From Octopus sinensis (taxonomy: Eukaryota): DNA of 64,000 nt. The DNA lies in NCBI RefSeq assembly GCF_006345805.1, contig NC_043014.1, positions 15,686,001-15,750,000 on the forward strand, read 5' to 3'. Below the pieces are notes generated by a model, which saw only the letters and a program-made list of their open reading frames with translations, did not search any database and had not been told where the DNA came from. Both the position numbers and the translations under genes were made by a program. Positions 1 to 10,959 of the stretch are shown one piece after another; positions within the stretch are counted from its first letter, which is position 1, and each line of letters starts with the position of its first letter.

Positions 1-256
1 GGTGTGAAGACACATGGCTTGGTGGTTAAAGGTGTCTGGCTTACAATCATAAAGTCATTAGTCATCAGTTCAATACCTAACGGCACATTGTGTCCTTGAG
101 CAAGACACTTTATTTCATGTTGCTCCAATTCACTCAGCTGGAAAAAATGAGTTGCACCTGTATTTCAAAGGGTTGGCCTTGTCATGCTCTGTGTCACGCT
201 GAATATCCCTAAGAAGTACATTAGGGGTACACATGTCTGTGGATTGTTCAGTCACT

Positions 257-860
257 TACTCTGTTACTTGTTTCAGTCATTTTCACTGTGGCCATGCTGG
301 AACACTGCCTTTAGTTGAGCAAATCGACCCCAGGACTTATTCTTTGTAAGCCTAGTACTTTTTCTATCAGTCTCTTTTGCCGAAGTGCTAAGTTACAGGG
401 ATGTAAACACACCAGCATCGGTTGTCAAGTGATGTTAGGGTGACAAACACAGACACACAAACATATACACACACATACATATATATATAAAGTTAATCCA
501 AACATGAAAACACAAAGAGAAAACACAACAACGCGAGGACGTGGAACAAATATAGTATTATTGGACGCTCAGGAAGGAAGGGAAGAAGGAGGGTGTTACG
601 TTTCAAGCGGAGCTTCTCATCAGAAACATAGGAAAAGGAAAGATCCAGAGAAGGGAAGACGGAGGAAAAAAATCACCAATGGTACACACGCGGTCATGAC
701 AGGCTTTTTTCAGTTTCTGTCTACCAAATCCACTCACAAGGCTTTGGTTGGCCCGAGGCAATAGCAGAAGACACTTGCCCAAGGTCCCACGCAGTGGGAC
801 TGAACCCGGAACCATGTAGTTGGTAAGCAAGCTACTTACCACACAGCCACTCCTGCGCCT
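257..860 (-). mobile_element. tRNA-derived SINE (family A here), full length, with a nested insert at 490-696
   Basis: On the minus strand: head GGCGCAGGAGTGGCTGTGTGG, B-box-like GGTTCAGTCC, central (TA/TG)n, and tail GACTGAAACAAGTAA. More than 20 homologous copies occur in the window. Confidence 0.9.
490..696 (-). mobile_element. Penelope-like pseudo-LTR fragment with a minimal hammerhead motif, inserted in the (TA)n of a SINE
   Basis: The sequence is unrelated to the host SINE. The minus strand reads CTGATGA G AAGC TCC GCTT GAAACGTA (623 to 597). Confidence 0.65.
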
Positions 861-959
861 ATAATGTTAATTTTACAAGCAGGCTGTTCCGTTGATCATA
901 TCAGCTGGGACCCTCGTCATCGTAACCAACAGAATGCTCCTTCTTCCACATCTACTAAA

Positions 960-1575
960 CGTTTTCCTTTAAGAGCTTTTTCCATTCAGAGGAACAAAAA
1001 TGTCACAGGGAGCAATATCAGGTGAATAGGTGGGTAAGTGAGGTCATGCCATTTTTAGTCAAAAATTGTTTCACACTCTAGGCAGTGTTCACACCACCAC
1101 TTTCAACTTTGCCACAGGTAAGGGCATTTCCATCTTACTGCATCTCACAAATGCTTCAGAATTGCCAAGTAAAATGTCTGGTTAACAGTTTGGCCAGGAG
1201 GAACAAATTCTATGTGGACAATTCCTTTCACATCGATGAAACAAATCAGCATCGTCCTGACACTGGACTTTACTTTGTGTGCTTGTTTTGGGGGCATAGT
1301 GATATTGAATGCTTCCATTGACTTGACTGCTGCTTCATTTCCAGGTCATAGCCATAGCATCAGCTTTTGTCACTAGTGATGACCTTTAAATAAAAGGTCC
1401 AGATCAACTTTCAAATGTTCTTTCAGTTCACAACACACATTCACTCATGACTGCTTTTGATCTTCTTTGAGCATGCAAGGCACAAGTTTTGCTGCAACAG
1501 TCTTCATTCGCAATTCCTTGCTCAAAATTTGTTGGCAGGAGTTCCAGGACACACCAGTCATATCAACAAGTTTAT
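960..1575 (-). mobile_element. Decayed mariner transposase fragment
   Basis: Translation across stops and frameshifts gives YGYDLEMKQQSSQWK, MLICFIDVKGIVHIEFVPPGQTVNQTFYL, YSPDIAPCDIF and LKGKRF. Confidence 0.85.
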
Positions 1576-1598
1576 CAATTGTTCAGCATCACCACTAG

Positions 1599-1631
<33 letters not shown>

Positions 1632-1925
1632 GGTGAGGATGCATAGCTTAGTGGTTGTGCTGTTCAACTCATGATTACTAGATCATGATTTCTGTGTGGT
1701 GTGTTGTGTTCTTGAGCAAAACGCTTCATCTCACATTACTTTGCAATCACTTCAACACCCAACATGTGGTATGCAGTGCACCTGTTCAGACAACGTCAAT
1801 TTGATGGAGGGAGTGAGTTAATGTGCAGCACATACATTTGATCACTATGAACAAATCATTTGTGCAGGTCATTCAGCAAAAGCTGAACACTTATACGTCG
1901 TCTTTGATGAGAGGGTCCATCATTA
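1632..1925 (+). mobile_element. tRNA-derived SINE (family E here)
   Basis: A-box-like TAGCTTAGTGG, a CTTGAGCAAAAC motif and a short (ATT) tail. Confidence 0.6.
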
Positions 1926-1931
1926 TTAAGA

Positions 1932-2115
1932 TGGGGAGCTGGCATAAATGTTAGCAAGGTGAGCAAAATGCTTAGTAGCATTTCATACATATTTACATTC
2001 CGAGTTCAAATTCTGCTGGGGTTGATTTTGTCTTTCAGCCTTTCAGGGTCAATAAAATAAGTACCAGTTGAGTACTAGGGTCAGTGTAGTTGACTTAGCC
2101 TCTCCTCCAAAATTA
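1932..2115 (+). mobile_element. SINE family B (short variant)
   Basis: GGGGAGCTGGCA...GAGTTCAAATTC...AAGTACCAGTTGAG. Homologous to copies at 23095-23520, 35480-35660 and 44290-44640. Confidence 0.8.
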
Positions 2116-2757
2116 CACATCATCGATCTCACTCTCTCCTCTGTGACCATCTTTGATCCAGTTGCAAGACCAGGTCAAGACAACTGAGGATGGAGATAGA
2201 TGCAGTGGATGACCAAAATGTCTTTACTTGCTTCATCTTACACTCTGAATTCCACAATGCATTACTGCAGCCACCTTCTCACCACTGAACTATAAAGGTT
2301 TCTTCCACAGAGTTTGTTGGATCCAGTCTTCACATGCATAGGGAAGCCATAACTCTAACTCATTTCATACGCAGAAATTCACATGCATAGGGAAGCCCTA
2401 ATGGTCTGACTTATTTCATACACAGAAATGAAAGTCTGACAGATCAATTTTGCTTTCTGTCATAGACAAAAATGAAAACCTGATAGATGAGTTCCATCCT
2501 CTTTCATACACATGAATTCAGGACTGAGAGATCAGTTCTGTCTTCTTCTACAGAAATCTTTATCCAGTAGATAAATCCATTTTGTCTGATGAAGCTTAAA
2601 GGCTTCTCTTATTAGTTGTTAATGTCCAAACCCTTCCATGGAACTGAATAAGCTGAAAGTGTCTAATTCTTTCCATGGATTAAGTGATGAGGAAAAACAA
2701 ATTCTCAAATCTATCCTGATCAAAAAAAACTTATGGATTTTGATCCTTCATCTTGAA

Positions 2758-2999
2758 CAGTGATTCTCAATGGGGGTCCATATGGCCCTTGGGGATCCAT
2801 ATAAGATTTTCTTGTCAAAATTTATTTACAATAAATTCGTTTTACATTTACAATACACCAAATATTTTTTATACAATTCCTAATATCTAATTATATAAAT
2901 ATAAATAGGATATTTTAAACCTTGAATGGCTATGGGAGTACATTCATGTAAAATAGGAATCAAAGGGGTCCACAGGCAACGAATGGTTGAGAACTACTG
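2758..2999. mobile_element. hAT-type MITE
   Basis: Termini CAGTGATTCTCAA ... TTGAGAACTACTG. The flanking 8-mers match at 5 of 8 positions. Related copies at 9824-10189 and 28799-29217. Confidence 0.7.
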
Positions 3000-4188
3000 A
3001 TCATCACTAGCAATTGTGTTCAAATTGGTGGCTTAGTCTTTTGATTTTCAATGAATGTACCACTATAAATAATAATGGTTTGATATCTACATTCCCCGTA
3101 CAACCTTGAGCGAAATACATTGGCAATGGTTTTTTAAATACTTTCAAAGCTGGCCTTGATAGGATTCAAACTCACAGAATAAAGGAATGTAATAAAACAT
3201 TGCAAAATATTTTGTGCGATGTGTAATGATTCTGCCTCCCAACTGTCGTTTGAAGAAGAAATAAAATTTAATGAATCCATCATATGCATGGAGAACAGTA
3301 AGATTCAAAACGATGACGTGCATATTCATTCTTAATATGTTTCAACATATTCAAATATGAATATGATAATCACTGTTGTGATTGTCACCGGAGAACAGTT
3401 TCTCCTTTATGATGAATATGTGTTCATAACACACTTGATTCATTAGTATAAGAGATTCAAGGACAGCCAGTGTTTTGATGGTGTCATGTTTCATCAGCCA
3501 GAAGCATCCCCAGATCAACAAATCTAACAAGAGTTGATTGTCTTGTTTATAATTTCAGCAAACAAACTGATCATTGATCAGCAAGTTGTTGAAATAAAAT
3601 TTATTTTTAAGATAGAGGCAAGGTCACACATGTGGCCAGGTGAGAGGACAATCAATTACATCATGCTCAGTATTTGATTGGGATTTAATTTTATCAAATT
3701 CAAAGGGATAAAATGCAAAGCAGAATGAAACAACTAAATACCACAAAGTATTTGACTAACACTCTGCAAACTGTGCCAATCCACCATCCTTGCATTTCTT
3801 CTTTTTTTATCTCTTAGAAGGGAAGGGCAGTGACTATGACCCTTTACAGGGCCTCTGAGACAGGTGGAAAGGAAGGAGGAAGGTATCCTCAAATGGGAGA
3901 CCAGACCAGAATGCTTGCAACAGAGTGAAGTTCACTAAAAGCACCCAAGGTGCTAAATGGTAGTGTTGAACTGGGAAATGGACTAAGTCTACCACCCATG
4001 TAGGCGCTGGCAGGATTTGAACTCAGAATGTAAAGAGCTGTAGTACTGCCTTTATCAGCAATGTTGACCTTGGAGGAATTTGAACTCAGAAAGCAAGTTG
4101 CATGCATGTCCAACACTCTAACAACTGTACTAATTAACGACCCATTATTTCATGGTGTGATAATGGTGATGTCTAACTGTAGTCCAAC

Positions 4189-4451
4189 TGTTATGGGAGA
4201 ATCCTGTACACCACCACGTGACTGGAAGCTGACAAATGGATTCCAATAAATAAAGAACTGTGTGAACTGTCAGAGGTAGTTGATCGTGTTAATGATATGT
4301 GTTGGGTTAATATCGTACCTGTGTTCAAGTAGTATGGAGTGCATTCTGTGTGAACATAATAATTCTGTGATAGGTTATTTTAGATAACCACATCCAAATA
4401 TTAATTTGAGTAATACTATTTTACTCCTACGTGTACACGTACATCATAACA
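4189..4451 (+). mobile_element. Solo LTR, 263 bp
   Basis: Starts TGTTATG and ends CATAACA (7-bp terminal inverted repeat). Flanks are CCAAC / CCAAT (5-bp TSD with 1 mismatch). Internal AATAAA at 4245. Confidence 0.7.
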
Positions 4452-4861
4452 CCAATGATGGAGAGTACAGCTAACAAAATCAATTATTTTATTAGCCATG
4501 GAAGGATGAAAAGCAGAACTGACCTCAACAGGATTTTAACTTACACAATAAAAATCCACAACTAAATACCACAAGGTATTTTATATTCAATGTTCTAAAG
4601 ATTTTGTCAATCTACAGTACTTTTATGATAATACTGATTTCAAATTTTGGCACAAGACTATCAAGTCCAAGGGAGGGGGTAAGTTGATTAGATCTCTCCT
4701 CCAATGCTCAACTGGTACTTACTTTAGCAACCCAGGAAGGATGAAAAGCAAAGTGGACCTCAGCAGAATTTGAACTCAGAAAGTAAAGATGGACAAAATG
4801 CCGTTAATCATTTTACCTGGTGTACTAACTATTCTACCAGCTTGCAACCTTACTTCTATGA

Positions 4862-6750
4862 TAATCATCATCATCATCATAGTCACTTAATGTCCATGCT
4901 GGCATGGGTTGGGCGGTTTGACCAGGGCTGGCAAGCTGGAAGGCTGCACCAGACTCCAGCTTGATTTGGGATGGTTTCTATGCTGGATGCTCTTCCTAAC
5001 ACCAACTCCTCTGAGAGTGAAATGGGTGCTTTTACATGCCACCAACATGGGTGTTGCTTGCATAACACCAGTATCTGCCATGACTGCAATTTTGCTCAGC
5101 TTGATGGGTCTTCTTAAGCATGACATAATGCCATGGGTCTCGGTCATTGCCTCCATGAAGCCCAACACTTGAAAAGAACTCACCTCCATGAGGCCCAATG
5201 CTTGAAAGGAACTCACCTCCATGAGGCCCAACACTTGAAAGGAACTCAGCCACTTTGCCTCCATGAGGCCCAATGCTCGAAAGGTGCTCTTTACGTGCCA
5301 CTGGCACAGGTGCCAGTTACATGACACCAGCATCAGTCATGACTATGATTTCATTTGGTTTGATGGGTCTTCTCAAGCACAGTATATTTCCAAAGATCTT
5401 GGTCACTAGTTATTGCCTCTGTGAAGCTCTGTGAAGTTTGGAGATCGTGCTTCACCACCTCATTCCATGTCTTCCTGGGTCTACCTCTACCACAGTTTCC
5501 CTCCACAGTTACAGATCAGTACTTCTTTACATAGCTGTCCTCATCCATAATGCATCACATGACCATACCAGCACAGTCATCTCTCTTGCACACTACATCT
5601 GATGCCTCTTATGCCTAATTTTTCTATCAAGATGCCTACACTCCATTGAACATTGTACATCCAGCAAAGCATACTGGCTTCATTTCTTTCAAGCCTACAC
5701 ATGTCCTTAGCTGTCACAGCCCATGTTTCACTGCCATGTAGCATAGCTGTTAACACACAGGCATCATACAATCTGCCTTTCACTCTGAGAGATAGACCTT
5801 TTGTTGCTAGCAGAGGTAGGAGCTCTCTGAACTTTATCCAGCCTAATATTATTCTCACAGCTATGCTCTCTGAACATCCACTTCTGCTACTAACTTGGTC
5901 ACCAAGATAACAGAAGCTATCTACTACCTCTAGCTTGTCCCACCAATAGTTGATGGAGTCTATTTTCCGCACATTTTCGATGTTTATTGTACCTGTGTAT
6001 CTTGCACATACAAAAGTTATTTTCCCTGTTAGCCTTCCTCTAATGTTGCTGCACTTTTTTATGTGTCCAAAGCTTACACTGGGTGCATCTTATGGAGTTT
6101 ACACCTACATCTTTTCTACAGCTTGAGCAGGGCCATCTACCTGAAGAGATTTGGGATCTGCCTGCCTTCCTACTTACTAAGACTTTGGTTTTGCTAGGTT
6201 AACTCCAAGGCCCTTCGATTCTAGACCCTGCTTCCATACCTGGAATTTCTTCTCTAGTTCTGGTATTGATTCAGCTATTAGAGCAAGGTCATCAGTATAG
6301 AGGAGATCCCAGGGACAGCTTAAATTCCTCTGTTATTGTCTGGAGGACTCTGATGAACAAGGGGGTCTGAGGACCGATCCTTGGTGAACCTCTACTTGTA
6401 TCCTAAATTCTTCGCTGTACTCATAGCTAACCCTCACCTTACAGGTAGCATCCCTGTACAAGGCTTGTACAGCTCTCACCAACCACTCATCTATCCCTAG
6501 TTTCCATAATGACCACCAGATAAGGGATCAGGGGACTCTGTCAAAGGCTTTCTCCAAGTCAAAAAAAGCCAAGTATAGAGGTTTATCTTTGGCTAGGTAT
6601 TTTTCCTGCAGCTGTCTTACCAGAAATATAACATCAGTGATGCTTCTGCCTGGCACAAAACCAAACTGCACCTCATCAAGACTAACTCTCTCCCCAATTA
6701 GTTGAGCTATGATTCTCTCCATAACTTCCATCACCTGGTCCAACATTTTA
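4862..6750 (-). mobile_element. 5'-truncated RTE-clade LINE (RT fragment, 3' UTR, (GAT)n tail)
   Basis: ORF track peptides QFGFVPGRSITDVIFLVRQLQEKY...FFDLEKAFDRVP and FCYLGDQV...KGRLYDAC...LHGSETW. Multiple stops. The 3' UTR carries a 33-bp VNTR. Confidence 0.92.
5151..5285. repeat. 33-bp minisatellite, about 4 units, in the RTE 3' UTR
   Basis: Repeated unit CTCCATGAGGCCCAACACTTGAAAGGAACTCAC. Confidence 0.85.
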
Positions 6751-8234
6751 CTAGTAATGATATAATAATATCAGTAAATAAAATAACAAATGATGGAGGT
6801 GTTACAGGTTGGTAACCTGTAAAAGAGAAAATATAAAACAGAACAGTATTAAGACTTACCGTAAATTAAATCCAGTAACAGAGAGTCTGCTATAATTCCA
6901 AATAAGTTACAATATGGCACTGTATAAAGAGCCATAGTAATTGAGTGTAAGGGTAAGATAGAGTCACATCATTTTATTAATCAAGTCCATCATTTTTCCA
7001 ACTAGATTATATCTGGAATAAAAAAAAATAGATGAAATTAATGGAGATGTTTTGCTATGAGGTAACATCAAATTCTAACAAAGTTACAAATCAATAGAAT
7101 CACCCCATGTATTTCATTATGTTATTGGAATTATAGTTTTCAATCCAGCTGGAATAAAATAAAAGTCAGCTTTAGTAGGATTTGAACTGAGAACCTAGGG
7201 TGATGAAATTAAACCTTCTCGTGTCCTTAGTTTAGTTTTCTATGCTCGGGAACAGTGATGCAATTGTCAAGTTCTAGAAATAAAATTTTGCAGCTGGTTT
7301 TGTATATGACATTAAACCAGATTAGTAGTTATCCTAACTCACAAATCATCAACAGAGCAATGTTTATTTGAATAAACAGTCATCTTTACATGTACCCTCA
7401 AAATAATGTTGCAGTAATTATGAAACTCTTTAAAAATTAATAAGCAATTATCATAAATTATTTAGACTGATGTTGATAAAACAGCTGCACCAGGATTCTA
7501 CGGAATTTACTTTAAAGATTAATTCTATCATACATTGAATTACAATCATAAAATATTCAAAATTTCAAATTTAAAACTGCACAAGGACTTCATAAGTGAT
7601 CCTGTATAGGAAGGAAATTGGGCGGAACTCAATTCAGCAGAGGCAACAAGCACAATACAATATATGAGAGATCAACTGAATCAATGCCTAATATGGTAAT
7701 AGATGATGATGATGATGAAAATGATGATGATGGTGATGTCATGCTGATGGTGTCGGTGGTAGTGGTGGTAGTGGAGATGTTATTCTGTGACATATTTCCG
7801 ATAATTAGCTTGTTAAAGTGATACCATATTCTGTACCAAAATTGATTCTAGTCAGCTGTGAATGAAAAGGTATTAACAAAAATTCAGACAAGAATCAAAA
7901 TCATTAACACCCATATGTGCCCCCACCACCACCACCATTACAAGCATCACAATCACCACTGCCATCACCATCACCAATCTACAGATCATTTGTTTCTTTC
8001 TTGTCCTCCACTACTGTTTGACAACTAATGCTGGTGGTTTTATGTCCCCATAACTTAGCGGTTCAGCAAAATTAACTGATAGAATAAGTACCAGGCTTAA
8101 AAAAAAAAGTATCGATGTCAATTCATTCAACTAAAATTCTTCGAGTCGGTGCCCCAGCATGGCCATAGTCTAATGACTGAAACAAGTAAAAGATAAAAGA
8201 TACATACATACATACAAACACACACACACACACA

Positions 8235-8390
8235 TATATGTACCACTGGCCCTTGGAAGGGCATCCAGCTGTAGAAAGTCTGCCATATCAGATTGGAGCC
8301 TGGTGCAGCCATCTGGCTTGCCAGTCCTCAGTCAAATTGTCCAACCCATGCTAGCATGGAAAGCGGATGTTAAACGATGATGATGATGAT
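8235..8390 (+). mobile_element. RTE-tail-type short retroposon (family C here)
   Basis: GGAAGGGCATCCAGC...GCATGGAAAGCGGATGTTAAACGATGATGAT, the same motif as the RTE 3' end. Other copies near 8410, 8960, 12660, 24040, 28965, 29335, 36385, 48710, 50880 and 58670. Confidence 0.8.
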
Positions 8391-8679
8391 GACAGTCATC
8401 ATCTTCATCATCATAATCATCATTTAATGTCTACTTTTCCAGCTGGCATGGATTGGATGGAATTTGTTGAGAAAGATTTTTATACAGCAGGGTACCCTTC
8501 CTGTCATTAACCCTCACCTGTTTTCAAGTAAGGAAATATTATGACCAGAAATATCTTGGAAAATCAGACATGAGGGACACTGTTTGCATGATGGAGACAC
8601 TCATCAACAATTATCATGCAATATCACGGCAAAGACTTACCATCCATGACCATCACATCTACATATATATATATATATA

Positions 8680-8965
8680 GGCATGGCTGTTTGGTAAGAA
8701 GTTTGCTTCCTAACTACAGGGTTTTGAGTTCAGTCCCATGGCATCTTTGGAAGTTGTCTTCTACTGTGACCCTGGGCCAACTAAAGTGTTGTAATAGACA
8801 GAAACAGAAAGAAACCCACTTCATGGTGTGGATAGGTGAGGTGAGTATGCATGGCTGACTGTTAGTCTTCCATAAACAGCCTTTCCTGGACTTGTGCTTT
8901 GGAGGGGAACTTTCTAGGTGCAATCCCATGGTCATTCATGACCGAAGGATATCTTTACTTTTACT
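8680..8965 (+). mobile_element. SINE with a family-A-type head and a different body and tail
   Basis: The head matches family A. The 3' part is GCAATCCCATGGTCATTCATGACCGAAGG followed by (TTTAC)n. Confidence 0.6.
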
Positions 8966-9823
8966 TTTACATACAGGTTTGTGTGTGTGACAGTTGTAAA
9001 TGAGCATCATCATTATCATCATATAAACAAGATTGTTCATTTCCAGTCTTCCAAGAAAAACATGTCAAGCTATGGGAAAATATTACCTGATTTGGAAACA
9101 GGTGAGAGTTGGTGACAGGTGACAGGAAAGGCTGTAGAAAATCCTCCTCTACAAATTCTGTTTGACCCATGCAAGCATGGAAAAATCAACATTAAATAAT
9201 GATGACTATGATGATGATAACGACGATGGTGATGATGATGATGATGATGCACAAATTAAACCACAAAAGTAAGTTATGAAATTTACTATAAAATGAATAG
9301 ATTTAAGTCTTTAGATTTCTTTTGTCTCCTCCTCTCTGACAATGAAGAATTCCCTGCAGCTCACAATATAATCAAATCATCAAACTTTTATCTACAATAT
9401 TTTGTGTTGTGGGGAGTGGGAGATCTTTCTCTTTGGGAAGGGTGTTTAAGACAAAATTCTTCATAATATAATTATGCTGTTGACATGTTCAAAATGCCAA
9501 CAGTAATCACGTTATTTTTTTTTTCTCAAGCACCTAGTTATAATTAACATATTTTATCAAGTCTTTCAATGAGATGTTATTTAGTTATCATCTTCCTTCT
9601 TTGTTATAAAACACAGCTTTCCTTTATTTATTTCACGTATGGTACACTTTACTTAAACAAGAATTTCTTGGATTTATTATGTCAATAACACATCAACCAA
9701 TTCCATTGTCAATCTATTTATTTATCAGTCAGTTCAATTTCCTGAAATGTGTTTCTACTGTATGAAATTCCACCAGAAATTACCTATAACTGTTTATAAG
9801 CCAACTATTTACTACCTCAATAG

Positions 9824-10189
9824 CAGTGGTTCTCAACCATATGGCCAGGGTGGGGTATATATGCGTGTGTATATATGTTAGTGTGTCTGTGTTTGTCCCC
9901 CCAACATTGCTTGACAACCAACACTGGTGTGTTTACATCCCCGTAACTTAGCGGTTCAGCAAAAGAGACCGATAGAATAAGTACTAGGCTTACAAAGAAT
10001 AAGTCCTTGGGTCGATTTGCTCGACTAAAGGCAGTGCTCCAGCATGGCCACAGTCAATTGACTGAAACAAGTAAAAGAGTATAAAAATATAATATGATTT
10101 TTTTTTAAACATAAAACTGGTATGAGGGTCCAGTAGAATAAAATAGAAATCAAAAGGGACAACAGGTAAAAAAGGGGTTGAGAACCACA
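9824..10189. mobile_element. hAT-type MITE with a nested SINE A fragment (about 9855-10085)
   Basis: CAGTGGTTCTCAACC ... GGTTGAGAACCAC. Confidence 0.65.
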
Positions 10190-10337
10190 ACATTATGTGA
10201 TTGTTTGCCTTGTTAGGCATAGCAGCCAAATGTCTTTCAGATCCCAGTCTATTGTCTTATATAGGTAAGGAAGGGTAGAACCAAGACGTATGTGATTGTA
10301 AAGAAAACGTCTTAATCAAGTGTGGATAGGTTCTGGC

Positions 10338-10494
10338 ATTGCTGTGTGGTAAGAAGTTTGCTTCACAACAACATGGTTCCAGGTTCAATCCCACTGCATG
10401 GCACTCTGAGCAAGTATTTTCTACTAAAGCCTCAGGCCGACAAAATCCTTGTGAGTGGACTTGGTAGATGGAAACTGTGTGGAAGCTAACCATG

Positions 10495-10527
<33 letters not shown>

Positions 10528-10583
10528 ATGTGCGTGTGTGTGTGTTGTGTGTGTGTGTGCGTGTGTGTGTGTGTGCATGTGTG

Positions 10584-10632
<49 letters not shown>

Positions 10633-10648
10633 GTGTGTGTTTGTGTGT

Positions 10649-10689
<41 letters not shown>

Positions 10690-10900
10690 TGTGCTCTTGT
10701 ATCTGTGTCTGTCTCCCACCACCACTTGGAAAACAGTGTTGGTGTATTTATGTCCTTGTAACTTAGCAGCTCAGGCAAAAGAGCCCGATAGAATAAGTAC
10801 CAGCCTTTAAACAAAAATAAGTATTGGGGTTGGTTTATGTGACTAGAATCCTTCAAGGCAGTGCCCCAGCAAGGCTACAATCAAATGACCAAAACTAGTA
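10338..10900 (+). mobile_element. SINE family A with an expanded (GT)n of about 190 bp
   Basis: Head, body and tail are homologous to the other A copies. Confidence 0.85.
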
Positions 10901-10959
10901 AAAAATAAAAAATAAGAGATAATGGTTATGATGAAAAAGAACAAAAAGAATGTCTGTTC

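Larger units (their letters stand above)
1..945 (+). mobile_element. tRNA-derived SINE (family D here), split by a nested SINE at 257-860
   Basis: The head has an A-box-like TGGCTTGGTGG, followed by GTCCTTGAGCAAGACACTTT. The body stops at 256 and resumes at 861 (ATAATGTTAATTTT...GTAACCAAC). A continuous copy of the same family lies at 13735-14035 (-). Confidence 0.75.

Noticed and set aside
504-842. 86-aa and 79-aa ORFs
   Set aside because: They lie wholly within nested SINE/PLE repeats.
2586-2615. CTGATGA followed by a small hairpin
   Set aside because: No GAAAN...UH half of the core downstream.
3370-3560. ~66-codon open minus frame containing IWGCF (Tc1-like); the plus frame has GEQFLLYD (MULE-like)
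   Set aside because: Conflicting, very short resemblances with no TIRs or catalytic motifs.
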